A DNA stretch of 64,000 bases. Origin: Vulcanimicrobiota bacterium. Lineage in GTDB: Bacteria; Vulcanimicrobiota; Vulcanimicrobiia; Vulcanimicrobiales; Vulcanimicrobiaceae. Below, piece by piece: positions 53,107 through 64,000 of this stretch. The notes below the pieces were generated by a model that was not told where the DNA came from, made no database searches, and worked only from the letters and a program-made list of their open reading frames with translations. The DNA is taken from positions 128,001 through 192,000 of the forward strand of contig CAVRQT010000002.1 in the NCBI GenBank assembly GCA_963723515.1, given 5' to 3'. The position numbers were made by a program, and so were the translations under genes. How positions within the stretch are numbered: position 1 is the stretch's first letter; each line of letters begins with the position of its first letter.

Positions 53107-55267
53107 TATTGGACTTAGATACCGAGCAACGCGCGGCCGTCGATGCACCAGCCGACGAATTCCTGCTCATTTGCGGTCCGGCCGGCAGCGGCAAAACGCA
53201 AACGCTTCGCGCACGGGCCGAACGAATTGGTGGCTCTTTGCTCTCGGCAGCACAGTTCTCCCAGCTTCCTGGACTTGGAAACGACGGCAATCGATCTTCT
53301 CAAGGCCGATCTCGAGTGCGCCCATTCGGTTGATCGACGACCTTGAAGCTTCGATCATCTTCGAACGCGCCGCGGAGCCGCTCTTTTCGCTGGAGTGGGC
53401 GGAGGTGATCGAAGCGGAGATCGATCCGGAGCTCGCCGGTTTGCGAGCCCCGCAACGGTTCTTGGAAAACGCATTCCGATTGATCCAGCGCCTACGCGAA
53501 TCATCGATCGGCCCCCAGCAGTTTCTCGACGTCTCTCTCAAAGGCGCCACGAATTTCTATGCGCAGCCGCCGAATCTGGCGCATCCGGATCTGCTCTTGT
53601 ACACGAAAGATACGCACCGCGGATCGCTGCATGTCGATCGCGCTGAGCTTCAACGTCAGCATCGGCGAGAAGTTGACCTTGCGAAAGTCTTGTATAAACT
53701 GTATCAGACGTATCTCGACTTGTTGAAAGAGAGCGGCGCATTGACGGCTACAGATGCGATCGCCGAGGCGACGCGCAGCGTAAAAGAGTCGTCTGAAAAA
53801 AACACGTTAAGGTCGCGACTGCTCATCGATGATGCGCAAGAATTGGAATGGAGCGAAATCGCGTTTCTGCAGGCGCTTCATGGCGACAACCTTGCCGGCG
53901 TGACGCTCGCGGGCGATCGTGAGTCGACGCTCGGTCTCTTTGCCGGCGCGCGACCCGACCGCGTATTTGCTCTGACTTCAGAACGCTACGCACTGAGCGC
54001 ACAATACCGATGTCCGGCAGCGGTTGAACGCGCGGCACGAAAGGTCAGCACCGCACCCGACGCTCGACCGTTACCGGCCGAACGCGGCGCGGTGACGCTC
54101 TTTCGCGGCGCAGGAAAAGCCGACGAAGCATCGTTCATAGCGGCGCATGTCGCCGGCTTGCTAGATTCGGGGACACCGCCGAGCGAGATTGCGCTGATCT
54201 TTCGGTCGGTCGCAAACGTCTTCGAATACGAAGCAGCGCTGCTCGCAAAGGGGGTCGACGTGCAAGTCGCGGGCGATCTCAACCTCTTTCGCGTTGCGGA
54301 TGTCCTGGACGCTTTGGCGTTGCTTTGGAACGTACATGACCCTTTTGCACATGATTGGTTGCTGCGAACGCTTTGTGGGCCGGCACTCAATCTATCAGAT
54401 GCAAGCTTGATCGCGCTTTGCAGCGACCCAGAAAGTGAACAGACCGCGCTTTTCGAGACCGCTGAAGTGCCGCCGGAGCTCGAGCGCCGGCATGACTCGA
54501 CACGAGCGCTTCGTTTAGGCTGGAACGTCTCTCGCGGCGAACGTGATGAATCGCTAACACCGCTCGCACGAGAACGAGTTCGGCATTTTCGAGCGCAACG
54601 CGAACGGTGGCTCGAGGACGTGAAGGCGCTCGCGTTGCCTGCTTTGGCGCGCAAAATCTTCGAGGAAGGTTTAGCAGCGCGCGCCGAGCCGGGGTCCGCG
54701 CGCGCTAAGAGCCAGCAACGCAACCTGCAACGCCTGCTGCGACGAATCGAGACCTATGCGGCGCGATATCCAAGCGCCGGCCTGGCAGAATTCTTAGAGT
54801 ATGCGATGCTGCGCGCGGAGAGCAGTCTCGAAGGTTGCGAGGAAGAGCGCGAGGGTGATGCTGTAAGACTCCTCAGCGTTGCGGCCGCAGCGGGGCGCGA
54901 GTTCGATCACGTCGTAGTGGCAAACGCCCGCGCCGGATCGTTTCCCCGATATTATGTCCCCGATGCGTTCATTTTCAGCCCATCGCTCGGCACAATTGCA
55001 AAAGAAAACGCGGGAGACGCGCATGCGCCACGCACCGCGAAGTTCACCTACTACATGTTCCAAAAGAAAACGCGCGACCGTTACAATCACGAAGAGCGGC
55101 GCGCTTTTGCATACGCGCTGCGCCGCGCGCGCCGTAGCGCATTGGTCACCGCGAGCGGCAGGACAACGCGCGGCACAACGGCGCCTGAGTTCTTACATGA
55201 GTTGCAAGCGGCCGATTTTCCGCTGGCGTCGGCGCATGGCGAGCTGATCCGCTCGGCAACCTCTTAG
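53103..55267 (+). CDS. UvrD/AddA-like SF1 helicase, degenerate; frameshift near 53290
   Basis: EQRAAV, GPAGSGKT, LIDDAQE, LAGD, QYRC, GREFDHV, EERRAFAYALRRAR. Confidence 0.8.
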
Positions 55268-55270
55268 CGC

Positions 55271-56230
55271 GTGCGCTTACGAACGATATCGCCGGAGGCC
55301 TACGCGCACGACATCCTACCCGTCACTGCATCGCTCTGGGCCGGCGCGCGCGATTTGCCGACCTACAAGCGGCAGACTAGTGAGCTCGCGCACTCAACGT
55401 ATGGGCGCCGGCACTACCGGACGATCGGATTATTCGATGGGGGCAATTGGCTTGCGTCTTGCAAGCGATACCAACGTACGATTCAATTTGAAGGTCACCG
55501 CCTTCAGGGCGTAGGGTTCGGCGCGGTCTTCACGCCATCACGACTTCGCGGCCGCGGCTACGCGACCACAATGCTTGCAATGCTCATGGATGAAGCGAAA
55601 GCGCAAGCATTCGATGTGGCCTATCTGTTTTCAGATATTCGTCCAGCGTTCTATCGGGTTCTCGGCTTTAAGGAATGTCCATCGTCAGTCTTCGCGATGC
55701 GCAGTGATTCACTCACCGCGCGGCGACTGCGCTGTTCAACGATCGAGAATACGGATTGGCGAGACATCGCAAAATGCTTTCGATTGCTGCAATCTCAGGA
55801 AGCCTGGGGTTTAGAGCGCTCCCCGGCGGTTTGGGATTTTATCCGGCTGCGCATCGCGCAGCGCTCAGAGCACCGCAGCGCTCAGATGGTGGCATTGGTC
55901 TTGCGCGCGAAGCGGCGCGTTATTGCCTATGTCATCGGCCAACGTCAGCCGCAAAGAGATATCTTACTGCTCGACGAGTTCGGTTGGGCCAACATTGAAG
56001 GCCGATCCGCGATTCCGACGCTTTTGAGAAGCGCGGCCGGCGATTTACGGCGGATCACCGGTTGGCTGCCGCCCGCCTCTGCACGAGTGGCGTTGCCTCG
56101 GATAACCAGAAGGCCCCGTAAGACGGAGATTTTGATGGTGGCCGCGCTTTCGAAACGTGGAACGCAACTCGCTGAAGTTGCGACGCGCAATTCGGCGAGT
56201 GACGCAGCGTGGGCGTCCGATCATATCTAA
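55271..56230 (+). CDS. GNAT-family acetyltransferase
   Basis: GAVFTPSRLRGRGYA acetyl-CoA motif, LFSDI..FY..LGF. Confidence 0.82.
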   Translation: MRLRTISPEAYAHDILPVTASLWAGARDLPTYKRQTSELAHSTYGRRHYRTIGLFDGGNWLASCKRYQRTIQFEGHRLQGVGFGAVFTPSRLRGRGYATTMLAMLMDEAKAQAFDVAYLFSDIRPAFYRVLGFKECPSSVFAMRSDSLTARRLRCSTIENTDWRDIAKCFRLLQSQEAWGLERSPAVWDFIRLRIAQRSEHRSAQMVALVLRAKRRVIAYVIGQRQPQRDILLLDEFGWANIEGRSAIPTLLRSAAGDLRRITGWLPPASARVALPRITRRPRKTEILMVAALSKRGTQLAEVATRNSASDAAWASDHI

Positions 56231-56235
56231 CGCAC

Positions 56236-57282
56236 CTAACTAAACAAGTCGGTCTGTCGCGGTTCTTCGGTCAAAAGCGTCGCGCAGCGCGTGCCGAGCA
56301 AGCGCACCGGCGTGCCGTTCAGCTCCGCGCGCTTCAAACAATGCGAACTTGCTTCAAAGATGCGCACCTCATCACGCGCCGCGATCTCCAGATGCGTTTG
56401 CCTGCCCACGACTCTAAAATCCGAGCGCTTGACCTTGATGCCGACGGTGCCTGCAACAAGCCCCTCGTGCTCGAGCTTCTCCGAGAGCTCGTGCGCCTGC
56501 TCGCGTAGCACGTGCAACAAATCCGCTTCTTCGCTGATGTCGTATTCGAAGGTTTCTTCTGTTGAAATCGATTTTGTTTCGCGTTCGCTTTCGACGCGCC
56601 GCGTATCTTGGCCGAGCGCAAGCGCGCGCAGTTCGATTCCCCAATTGCCAAAGAGAGCGCGGGCTTGGTCGTCGCTGAGCCCGGCCAGCTGGCCGACCGT
56701 TTCAATGCCGCGCGCGTTCAATCGGGGAACGCTCTTGGGACCGATTCCCCAAAGGCGCCGCACGGGCAGCGGCGCTAAGAACGCGGCCTCTTCACCCTTT
56801 GGAACGACGCGCAAACCATCCGGCTTAGCAGAGATCGGATGCGATCTTCGCAACCATTTTCGCTGCGGAAACGCCGGCGCTGACAGTTAGCCCAACATTT
56901 TCTCGTACTTCGTTGCGAATCGATTGCGCTATGCGGCCGCCTTCTTCCGACGAACAGTCACCGAGGGCCACGAACGCTTCATCGAACGAGAGCCCCTCAA
57001 CCGTTCGGCCGTTATGGCCGAAGATTTCAAAGATCGCTTGTGAGGCGGTCGCGATATTTTTGATAATCCGGCCGGACGACGATGAGGCCGGGACAGGCCT
57101 GCAGCGCGCGATAGAGCGGCATCGCCGAGTGCACCCCGAACGGGCGCGCTTCGTACGATGCCGTTAAGACGACCGCGCGCCGGCTGCTGCCCGCAACGGC
57201 CAGCCGGTTGGCCGCGCAACGAGGGATCGTCGCGTACCGCAACGCTCGCATAGAACGCATCAACATCGAAGTGCGCGATCAT
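56236..57282 (-). CDS. dinB: DNA polymerase IV; several frameshifts
   Basis: HFDVDAFYASV, ASYEARPFGVHSAMP, KPDG, LWGIGPK, KSISTEETF, VRLLG. Confidence 0.92.
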
Positions 57283-58125
57283 GCGCTCGCGCCGCTAAAG
57301 ATCATCTGAATCGTGCGCATATTGCGCTCGTCATCCGCGGAGTCGCCCGGCGTCTCGAGGATGCCAACCTTATCCGCTAGCTCAGGTCGCGATGCCAGCG
57401 CGCGAAAGCCGGCAAATCCGATGTTGCCTTCCGCAATATGCCAATGGCGGTCGCGGTTTGCACCGCGCTCGACTTGCGTATCGTTCAGATGGAAGAGATG
57501 CAGCCGGTCGAGCCCAATTTGCTCTGTCGCCTCGTAAAGAAAGTCATCGACGCCGCGCTGCGAGTTGATCTCGTATCCGGCCGCCCACGCATGCGCGGTG
57601 TCCAAACAAACGCCTAACTGAGGATGGTCGACGCCGCGAATAAAGCGGCCGAGCTCCTCAAGCGTGCCGCCACAGAGCTGCCCCGCGCCCGCAGAATTTT
57701 CCATCAAGAGAAAAACGCTTGGCGGAATTTCTTCAAGAACGCCCTGCAGCGCTCGACAAGCGTCCGAAAAACCGTCGGCATGCGAGCGAGTACCGTACGA
57801 TCCTAGAGTGCGTGTTGACGTAGCGAATGTTTCCCGATGCGGCGACCTCGAGATCGTGACGCAGCAAGCGCAGGGAGCCGGCCACGATCTTCTGATCGTC
57901 GCTCGCTAGATTGATTAAGTAAGAACTGTGAATGATCGCCGGCGCGATGCCCGCGTTTTCTCGCAGCTCGGAAAATTTCTTTAATGCCTGCGCGTCGGGC
58001 GGTGCGACGCGATACGAGCGCGGCGTCGAGCTGAAGACCTGCACCGCTTGCGCACCGATGCGGGACGCATGTTGAATCGCAGCCGCATATCCGCCACGAA
58101 CGTGAACGTGAATGCCGAGTTTCAC
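57279..58125 (-). CDS. nfo: Endonuclease IV; frameshifts near 57780-57830
   Basis: HSSYLINLAS, ENSAG, CLDTAH, HLND, DRH.HI..G.IG, ILETP. Confidence 0.92.
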
Positions 58126-58159
58126 AAGATCAGCTGTGGCCCTGACATGAAGCTCAGCG

Positions 58160-58726
58160 TCACGCGTTCGTGTCGAGGCGTGCTGCGATTCCCGCGGTCA
58201 AGAGATCGAGTTCAAGCGGCGCACCAGGTTCAAGCTCTAAGGGCGGCAGATCGTCAAGCGAGCGAAGGCCGAACGCTTCGAGAAATTCAGGCGTCGTCTT
58301 ATAGAGCACCGGCCGTCCGACGACATCCTTGCGACCGGCTTCAGCGATCAGGTTTCGGTCCAGCAGCGTTGAGATCACACTGTCGGCGGAGACGCCGCGA
58401 ATCGCTTCGATCTCATTGCGCGTCACCGGCTGCGAGTAGGCGACAATCGCCAGCGTCTCCAGGGCCGGCATCGAGAGCGACGTCTTTGGCGGAAGCAAAT
58501 ATGCTTCAACGGCTTCTCGTGCAGCGGGTGCGGTAGCAAATCGATAGCCGCCGGCGATCTCGCGCAAAACGACTCCACGCTCGACGAAGTCCGCTTCGAT
58601 CTGTTGCAACGCCGCGGCAACTTCAACTTCGCTTGCATGCGTCAACCTCGCGAGCTCCTTGATCGAAAGCGCTTCATTGGCCACAAAGAGCAGCGCTTCA
58701 GTTGTGCGCTGCAAGCCGGATTTCAA
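58160..58726 (-). CDS. scpB: SMC-Scp complex subunit ScpB
   Basis: EALLF, ALETLAIVAYSQPVTR, IRGV, GRP..Y.TT..FL..FGL. Confidence 0.96.
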   Translation of the reverse strand: MKSGLQRTTEALLFVANEALSIKELARLTHASEVEVAAALQQIEADFVERGVVLREIAGGYRFATAPAAREAVEAYLLPPKTSLSMPALETLAIVAYSQPVTRNEIEAIRGVSADSVISTLLDRNLIAEAGRKDVVGRPVLYKTTPEFLEAFGLRSLDDLPPLELEPGAPLELDLLTAGIAARLDTNA

Positions 58727-59493
58727 GCGCTCTGCGGCGTGCGCAGCCGAACGAGCCGGATGTCGTCGAATGCTTCGGGCTGCTCGAAGTCGATTCGGTG
58801 TCTGCGAATCAACTCGAGAATCGCCAAAAACGTGACGATGATCGATTCACGACCCAGCTCGCGGCAAAGTTCGGAGAAGAGCACCTCGCCCGATTCCCTG
58901 ATGCGCTGCATGATAAAATCCATTTGCGCGAGCAGCGAGAGGCGTTCGCGTGCGATCGTACGGCGCTCGGGACGCGCATTACGCAGCGCAAAGATGAGCG
59001 CTCGACCTAGTCTTTCGGAATCGATCCGATAGCGTTGCTTGAGGTCGCTGGCGGGATCCGCGCCCTCGCGAAAGTGGAATGCGGCGGCCTCGAACTGGCG
59101 CGCACGGAGCTGTTCACCGACGTCGCGGAACTTCGAGTAGACGATCAGCCGCGCGCGCAGACGCTCCTCGACCTGTTCGGGCGTCTCCGCCTCTTCATCC
59201 AAAAATTCGCTCGGCACGGGCGGCAAGAGCGACTTCGATTTAAGGAAGACCAGTGTCGCAGCGATCACGAGATACTCCGCCGCAATCTCGACGTCGAGCT
59301 GCTCCATCCGGTGGATGTAGTCGAGATACTGCTCGGCAAGACTGCTCAGCGGCACGCTAGCGATGTCGACCTTCTGCTCCTTGACGAGATGGAGAAGCAG
59401 ATCGAGTGGCCCTTCAAAAACGGCTAGTGAGACGCGATATGCGTGCTCACCGTCTTCGCTCGGCGGTGCGAGTGCCTCGCGGCCCTCGCTCAA
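58723..59493 (-). CDS. scpA: Segregation/condensation protein ScpA
   Basis: FEGPLDLLLHL, AAEYLVIAA, KSKSLLP, TFLAILEL. Confidence 0.96.
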   Translation of the reverse strand: MSEGREALAPPSEDGEHAYRVSLAVFEGPLDLLLHLVKEQKVDIASVPLSSLAEQYLDYIHRMEQLDVEIAAEYLVIAATLVFLKSKSLLPPVPSEFLDEEAETPEQVEERLRARLIVYSKFRDVGEQLRARQFEAAAFHFREGADPASDLKQRYRIDSERLGRALIFALRNARPERRTIARERLSLLAQMDFIMQRIRESGEVLFSELCRELGRESIIVTFLAILELIRRHRIDFEQPEAFDDIRLVRLRTPQSA

Positions 59494-59969
59494 CTTGTCA
59501 GTTGCTCGGCGGTTCTAGCGACGGCCGGCACATCCCCGAACGTAGCCGGATCAGCGTCGAGGTAATCGAGCGCGAGATCGACGAGCCGCTTTTCATTGAC
59601 GTACTTGAGCGATCTTTTGGCGGTGACGATGTCGAACCAGCGCGCCTCATCGACCTCGTGATCGTGGTTCGCCGTGTCGCCCGAGAGATAGCGCATCAGG
59701 TAGAACGTCACAGCCTTCTTGTGCTTCGTGCGATTCAAATAGAACCAGTACGAGATGTCGGAGAGCTTTGCAATCAATTCGGCCCAGCAGCCGGTCTCCT
59801 CGCGAACCTCACGCAAGGCGGCTTGTTCGTGCGATTCGCGTGACTCCACGTGGCCTTTTGGAAGCGACCAAATACGGGGCGAGCCGCGGCCAATGAGCAG
59901 CGCTTCATAGATGGAGTCATTACGGCGAAGCACCAGCCCGCCGGCCGAGGTCTCGTATTTGATGCGCAT
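59490..59969 (-). CDS. NUDIX hydrolase
   Basis: Nudix box GHVESRESHEQAALREVREETG. Confidence 0.92.
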   Translation of the reverse strand: MRIKYETSAGGLVLRRNDSIYEALLIGRGSPRIWSLPKGHVESRESHEQAALREVREETGCWAELIAKLSDISYWFYLNRTKHKKAVTFYLMRYLSGDTANHDHEVDEARWFDIVTAKRSLKYVNEKRLVDLALDYLDADPATFGDVPAVARTAEQLTS

Positions 59970-60106
59970 CCTACCGCTCTCTTAGGATTGGAAAAGCGCC
60001 CCGAGGGGGCGCCTCCGACTACCTCTATTATAGCGAAGCGCACCAAGAAGCGGCGCTCCCAAAACCTTACGTCTGCTTGCCTGCTATCTAGCGCTTGCTG
60101 GCGGTC

Positions 60107-60129
60107 CCTTCGACTGGCTCAGGACGGGC
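60107..60129. repeat. Degenerate REP-like unit overlapping the gcvPB stop codon
   Basis: CCCTTCGACTGGCTCAGGACGGG resembles CCCTTCGACAAGCTCA at 2262. Confidence 0.55.
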
Positions 60130-61594
60130 GCCAGCGTAGGTCCGGTTGCCGTGCAGCGCGCGTCTCATCCACGCGCGCGACGACGGTTTCTTGTGGCGCG
60201 TCCAGGATTTCTTGCGGATCACGCTTGGCCGTTGTGACGATGTCCTCGAGCGCCGCAACAAATTGATCCAAGGTCTCCTTCGACTCCGTTTCGGTCGGCT
60301 CAATCATCAAGCACTCCGGAACGATCAACGGAAAATACATCGTCGGTGCGTGGAAACCGCGATCCAGCAATGCTTTGGCAATGTCAACGGCGCGCACGCC
60401 GGTTTGTTTCTTCAACTCTTGAGCTGAGGCGACGAATTCGTGCTGACAGGTCTCCGGATACGGCATCTCAAGAAACGGCGCGACTTTGGCACGTACGTAA
60501 TTCGCGTTCAGCACCGCAAGGCGCGAAACGTCGGTCAAGCCTTCAATCCCATTGGCGTAAAGATATGCGAGCGCGCGCACGATGTGGGCAAAATTCGACC
60601 AGAAAGAACGCATCGGTCCGATCGACTTTGGAACATCGAAGTCGAGCCGGTAGGTTCGGCCGTTATTTTGCGGAGCGCTCGCGCGCACGACGGGCGTGGG
60701 GAGATATTCAACGAGATGCGGCGCGACGCCGAGCGGGCCGGAGCCGGCGCCGCCGCCGCCGTGAGGAATCGTGAATGTCTTGTGCAGGTTCAAATGCATC
60801 AAGTCGAAGCCCATGTCGCCGGGCCGCGCGATGCCCATCAGCGCATTTGCATTTGCACCATCGTAATACATCAGGCCACCCGCGTCGTGAACGGCTCGCG
60901 CGATTTCCGCGATGTGATCCTCGAATAAGCCAAGCGTATTCGGATTGGTCATCATGCAGACCGCGGTATCGGCGCCGAGCACGCCGCGCAGCGTCTCGAG
61001 TCCAACTCGTCCGCGCTCGTCACTGCGCAACGACACGACTTTAAAGCCGGCCATCGTCGCAGAAGCGGGATTGGTGCCGTGTGCGGTGTCGGGCACGATC
61101 ACGGTTTGGCGCGAACGCTCGCCGCGTTTGGAAAAATATTTCTTTGCGATCAATAGCGCTGCCAATTCACCGTGCGCTCCCGCAGCGGGATTCAATGAAA
61201 ACGCGGCCATCCCGAAAAGCGATGCCAAACTGCGCTCGAGCTCGTACATGACGGCGAGCGCGCCTTGCGACAATTCGTCCGGCGCGAACGGGTGCAGATC
61301 GCGCAATCCCGGCAAATTCGCAACCGCGTCATTGACGCGAGGATTGTACTTCATCGTGCACGAGCCGAGCGGATAGAAACCGGTATCGATTCCAAACGTC
61401 CGTTGCGAGAGTCGCGTGTAATGCCGCACCACATCGAGTTCCGTTGCCTCCGGCAAAGGCAACTCACCTCGCAAAGTTTGCGCCGGCAGAAAGTCCTCCA
61501 AGCGAGCATCGCTGGGCAAATACCGGTTTGCGCGGCCGGGTTGTCCCTGCTCGAAGATCAGCGGGAATTCGCCTTTAGAGGGAGGCTGGTACAC
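60119..61594 (-). CDS. gcvPB: Glycine dehydrogenase subunit 2
   Basis: YPLGSCTMKYN, AHGTNPASA, YYDGAN, HLNLHKTF..PHGGGG, EPTETES. Confidence 0.96.
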   Translation of the reverse strand: MYQPPSKGEFPLIFEQGQPGRANRYLPSDARLEDFLPAQTLRGELPLPEATELDVVRHYTRLSQRTFGIDTGFYPLGSCTMKYNPRVNDAVANLPGLRDLHPFAPDELSQGALAVMYELERSLASLFGMAAFSLNPAAGAHGELAALLIAKKYFSKRGERSRQTVIVPDTAHGTNPASATMAGFKVVSLRSDERGRVGLETLRGVLGADTAVCMMTNPNTLGLFEDHIAEIARAVHDAGGLMYYDGANANALMGIARPGDMGFDLMHLNLHKTFTIPHGGGGAGSGPLGVAPHLVEYLPTPVVRASAPQNNGRTYRLDFDVPKSIGPMRSFWSNFAHIVRALAYLYANGIEGLTDVSRLAVLNANYVRAKVAPFLEMPYPETCQHEFVASAQELKKQTGVRAVDIAKALLDRGFHAPTMYFPLIVPECLMIEPTETESKETLDQFVAALEDIVTTAKRDPQEILDAPQETVVARVDETRAARQPDLRWRPS

Positions 61595-62939
61595 GCGCGA
61601 CCTCTTTGAGCGCCGAGCATAAGGCCTCGATCTCTTCGGACGAAGTCATCTCGGTGGCTGCCATCAGGACGCATTCGCTCAGCTCCGGATAGAAACGTCC
61701 CAGGTCGAGACCGCCGATAATGCCACGAGCTTGCAACGCGTCAAGGACATCAGCCGCCCGCGTTCCAACGTTCAAGGCGAACTCATTAAAGAACGGCGCA
61801 TTGAACTGCAGCCGGCATCCGTCGATTGCGCTCAGTTTGCTCGCAAGTTCGTGCGCGCGCTTGGCGTTCTGCGCCGCGCAGTTGCGCAGTCCACTTGCGC
61901 CCATTAGGGCAAGGTAGATCGTTGCAATCAGCGCGCAGTGCGCTTGATTCGTGCAGATGTTCGAGGTCGCTCGCTCGCGGCGGATGTGCTGTTCGCGAGC
62001 TTGCAGCGTTAAAACATACGCCGTCTCGCCGTTGCGGTCGACGGTGCGTCCCACGAGCCGGCCGGGAATGCGCCGCAAGTGCTCGCTCTTACAAGCGATG
62101 AAGCCGACATATGGACCGCCGTATGCAAGCGCGACGCCGAACGATTGCGCCTCGCCGACGCAAATCTGCGCGCCCCATGAGGCGGGCGTTTCAAAGGCCG
62201 CTAACGCGAGCGCTTCGGCAACAACCGCGATCGGCACCGTTCCGCTTTGCGTGAATGCGGAACGCAGCTCGGTTGGAATCGACTCGAGCACCCCGAAGAA
62301 ATTGGGAGATTGTATCGCGACAGCCGCATAATTCTTGCTCAGGAGCGCATCGCGTATCGCATCCATGTCGGTTGTGCCGTCCGAGATTGCCCGGACCTCG
62401 TCGATTGCAACCTCGAGACCGTCGCAATACGTCTTCAAGACGGCGCGATAATTCGGATGAACGGCGCTGGACACGAGAATTCGTTTACGGTCGGTCGCGG
62501 CAAGGGCCATGATCGCGCCTTCAGCTAGCGCCGTCGCGCCGTCATATACCGAAGCGTCGGCAATATCCAGACCGGTCAACAAACAGATGTACGTTTGCCA
62601 CTCGTAGATCGCCTGAAGGTAACCCTGCGAAACCTCCGCCTGATACGGCGTATATGAGGTCAGAAATTCTCCGCGCATCGCGAGCGCCATGATTGCCGGC
62701 GGACAGTAGTGCCGGTAGGCGCCGGCGCCGAGAAACGACGTCATCGTGGCGGCGCGATTGCGCGCAGCGAAAGATTCAAAGCGGCGAACGATTTCGCTTT
62801 CCGGCAACGCGGGAACCACATCGGGCTTTACGCGCAACGCAACGTCGGACGGCACTCTGATCAAATCGTCGATCGAGGCGACGCCGATCGCGTCAAGCAT
62901 TTGCGCGATGTCGCGCTCGGTGTGGGGCAGGTAGGGCAT
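61575..62939 (-). CDS. gcvPA: Glycine dehydrogenase subunit 1
   Basis: FLGAGAY, YTPYQAEVSQG, SVYDGA, REQHIRRERATSNICTN. Confidence 0.96.
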   Translation of the reverse strand: MPYLPHTERDIAQMLDAIGVASIDDLIRVPSDVALRVKPDVVPALPESEIVRRFESFAARNRAATMTSFLGAGAYRHYCPPAIMALAMRGEFLTSYTPYQAEVSQGYLQAIYEWQTYICLLTGLDIADASVYDGATALAEGAIMALAATDRKRILVSSAVHPNYRAVLKTYCDGLEVAIDEVRAISDGTTDMDAIRDALLSKNYAAVAIQSPNFFGVLESIPTELRSAFTQSGTVPIAVVAEALALAAFETPASWGAQICVGEAQSFGVALAYGGPYVGFIACKSEHLRRIPGRLVGRTVDRNGETAYVLTLQAREQHIRRERATSNICTNQAHCALIATIYLALMGASGLRNCAAQNAKRAHELASKLSAIDGCRLQFNAPFFNEFALNVGTRAADVLDALQARGIIGGLDLGRFYPELSECVLMAATEMTSSEEIEALCSALKEVARVPASL

Positions 62940-62943
62940 CGGG

Positions 62944-63331
62944 TTACTCGGCTTGGGCGATCAGCTCTTCGTAGCTCTCGGGCGACAAGAGGTTATCGCG
63001 CTCGCTCGCATTGTTTAGCCGAACCTTGAAGAGCCAGCCGCCTTCGAACGGCTCACGATTGACGAGCGCGGGATCGTTCTCGAGCCGCATCGTTCACTTC
63101 GACGATTTCACCGCCGATCGGCGTAAAGAGATCCGAGACGGCCTTAACCGACTCCACAACGCCCGTGTTTGAAAACTGGGCCACCTGCGTTCCGATTCTC
63201 GGCAGCTCAACGTAGACGATGTCGCCCAGCGCGCTTTGCGCGTAATCCGTGATACCGATGGTTGCCGAATCACCGTCGATCCGCACCCATTCGTGTTCGC
63301 GGCTGTAAAGCAGGTCCGAAGGCTGCGCCAC
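62944..63331 (-). CDS. gcvH: Glycine cleavage system H protein; frameshift near 63085
   Basis: HEWV, GITDYAQ..LGD, ESVKAVS (lipoyl Lys); GGWLFKV in the next frame. Confidence 0.94.
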
Positions 63332-64000
63332 TACTCACTTCCTCGCTTATAAAACGGCATCGCAACGACCTGAGCCGGGTATCGCGTGCCGCGGATTTCG
63401 ACCTGCAAGCGATTCCTAATGGTTGCAGCGTCGCGCTCGACGAGCGCAGTCGCGATGTTCTTGTTTCCAACGGACGGCGCAATCGAGCCGCTGCGCACGT
63501 CACCCGCTTGGCGGCCATCGTTGAAAACGGGATATCCCTCGCGCGCGGGCGCTTTGCTCTCGACGATCAAGCCCGCAATCCGTGCATAGTCGTCGGCGGC
63601 CTTCTGTCGTTCCAGCGCGGCTCTTCCGATGAACTCCGGCTTGGAAAATTTGATCGCCCAGGTTAGGCCCGCTGCGAGCGGCCCGATCGATTCTGTCAGC
63701 TCGTGGCCATAGAGCGGCATCCCCGCTTCTAAGCGCAGTACGTCGCGGGCGCCAAGGCCCGCCGGCTCAAGGCCGCCCGACTTCTTCTCTTCCAGCAACC
63801 GTTTCCAAATCTCGGGCGCATCGGCACTGTCCACGAAGAGTTCAAAGCCGTCCTCGCCCGTGTAACCCGTGCGCGCAACGGTTGCCGGTTTTTCATAAAC
63901 CGCGCCCTCGAGGCAGAAGTAGTACTTCAGTTCCGTAATGTCGGGATGAACCGCCCCGCGCAGCAACTCCGCGGATTTCGGCCCTTGGATCGCAATCAAG
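63331..64000 (-). CDS. gcvT: Glycine cleavage aminomethyltransferase, C-terminal part
   Basis: IAIQGP, RTGYTGEDGFE, GLGARDVLRLEAG. Confidence 0.95.
   Translation of the reverse strand, partial: LIAIQGPKSAELLRGAVHPDITELKYYFCLEGAVYEKPATVARTGYTGEDGFELFVDSADAPEIWKRLLEEKKSGGLEPAGLGARDVLRLEAGMPLYGHELTESIGPLAAGLTWAIKFSKPEFIGRAALERQKAADDYARIAGLIVESKAPAREGYPVFNDGRQAGDVRSGSIAPSVGNKNIATALVERDAATIRNRLQVEIRGTRYPAQVVAMPFYKRGSE

Overview
A gene-dense, GC-rich chromosomal window of a Gram-negative-type bacterium (gene order and protein style suggest Candidatus Eremiobacterota; this is inference only). It is mostly core genome: ftsK, an isocitrate/isopropylmalate dehydrogenase, RNase J, htrA, dnaK-grpE-dnaJ, scoAB, acyl-CoA dehydrogenase, nth-mutY, lpdA-lipB-lipA, gdh, ychF, mtnP, holB-tmk, tRNA-Arg(UCG), a ycf45-like ATPase, an Orn/Lys/Arg decarboxylase, bioAFDB, pdxST, ispE, ubiX, a compact AddAB-like nuclease/helicase pair, dinB, nfo, scpAB and gcvT-H-PA-PB. 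About 20 genes carry small frameshifts, most likely assembly indels. No transposase, integrase, phage or CRISPR-Cas genes are visible. The unexplained signal is non-coding: (1) a three-copy, covarying double-hairpin element placed 3-6 nt after stop codons, two copies of which bracket an OMP-like + SGNH lipoprotein pair in inverted orientation; (2) a ~180-nt G-U-supported rod hairpin (ncRNA candidate); (3) two ~115-120 bp MITE-like copies inverted around htrA; (4) a dispersed REP-like family that overlaps stop codons and appears to have inserted a 24-26 nt unit into a dehydrogenase gene.
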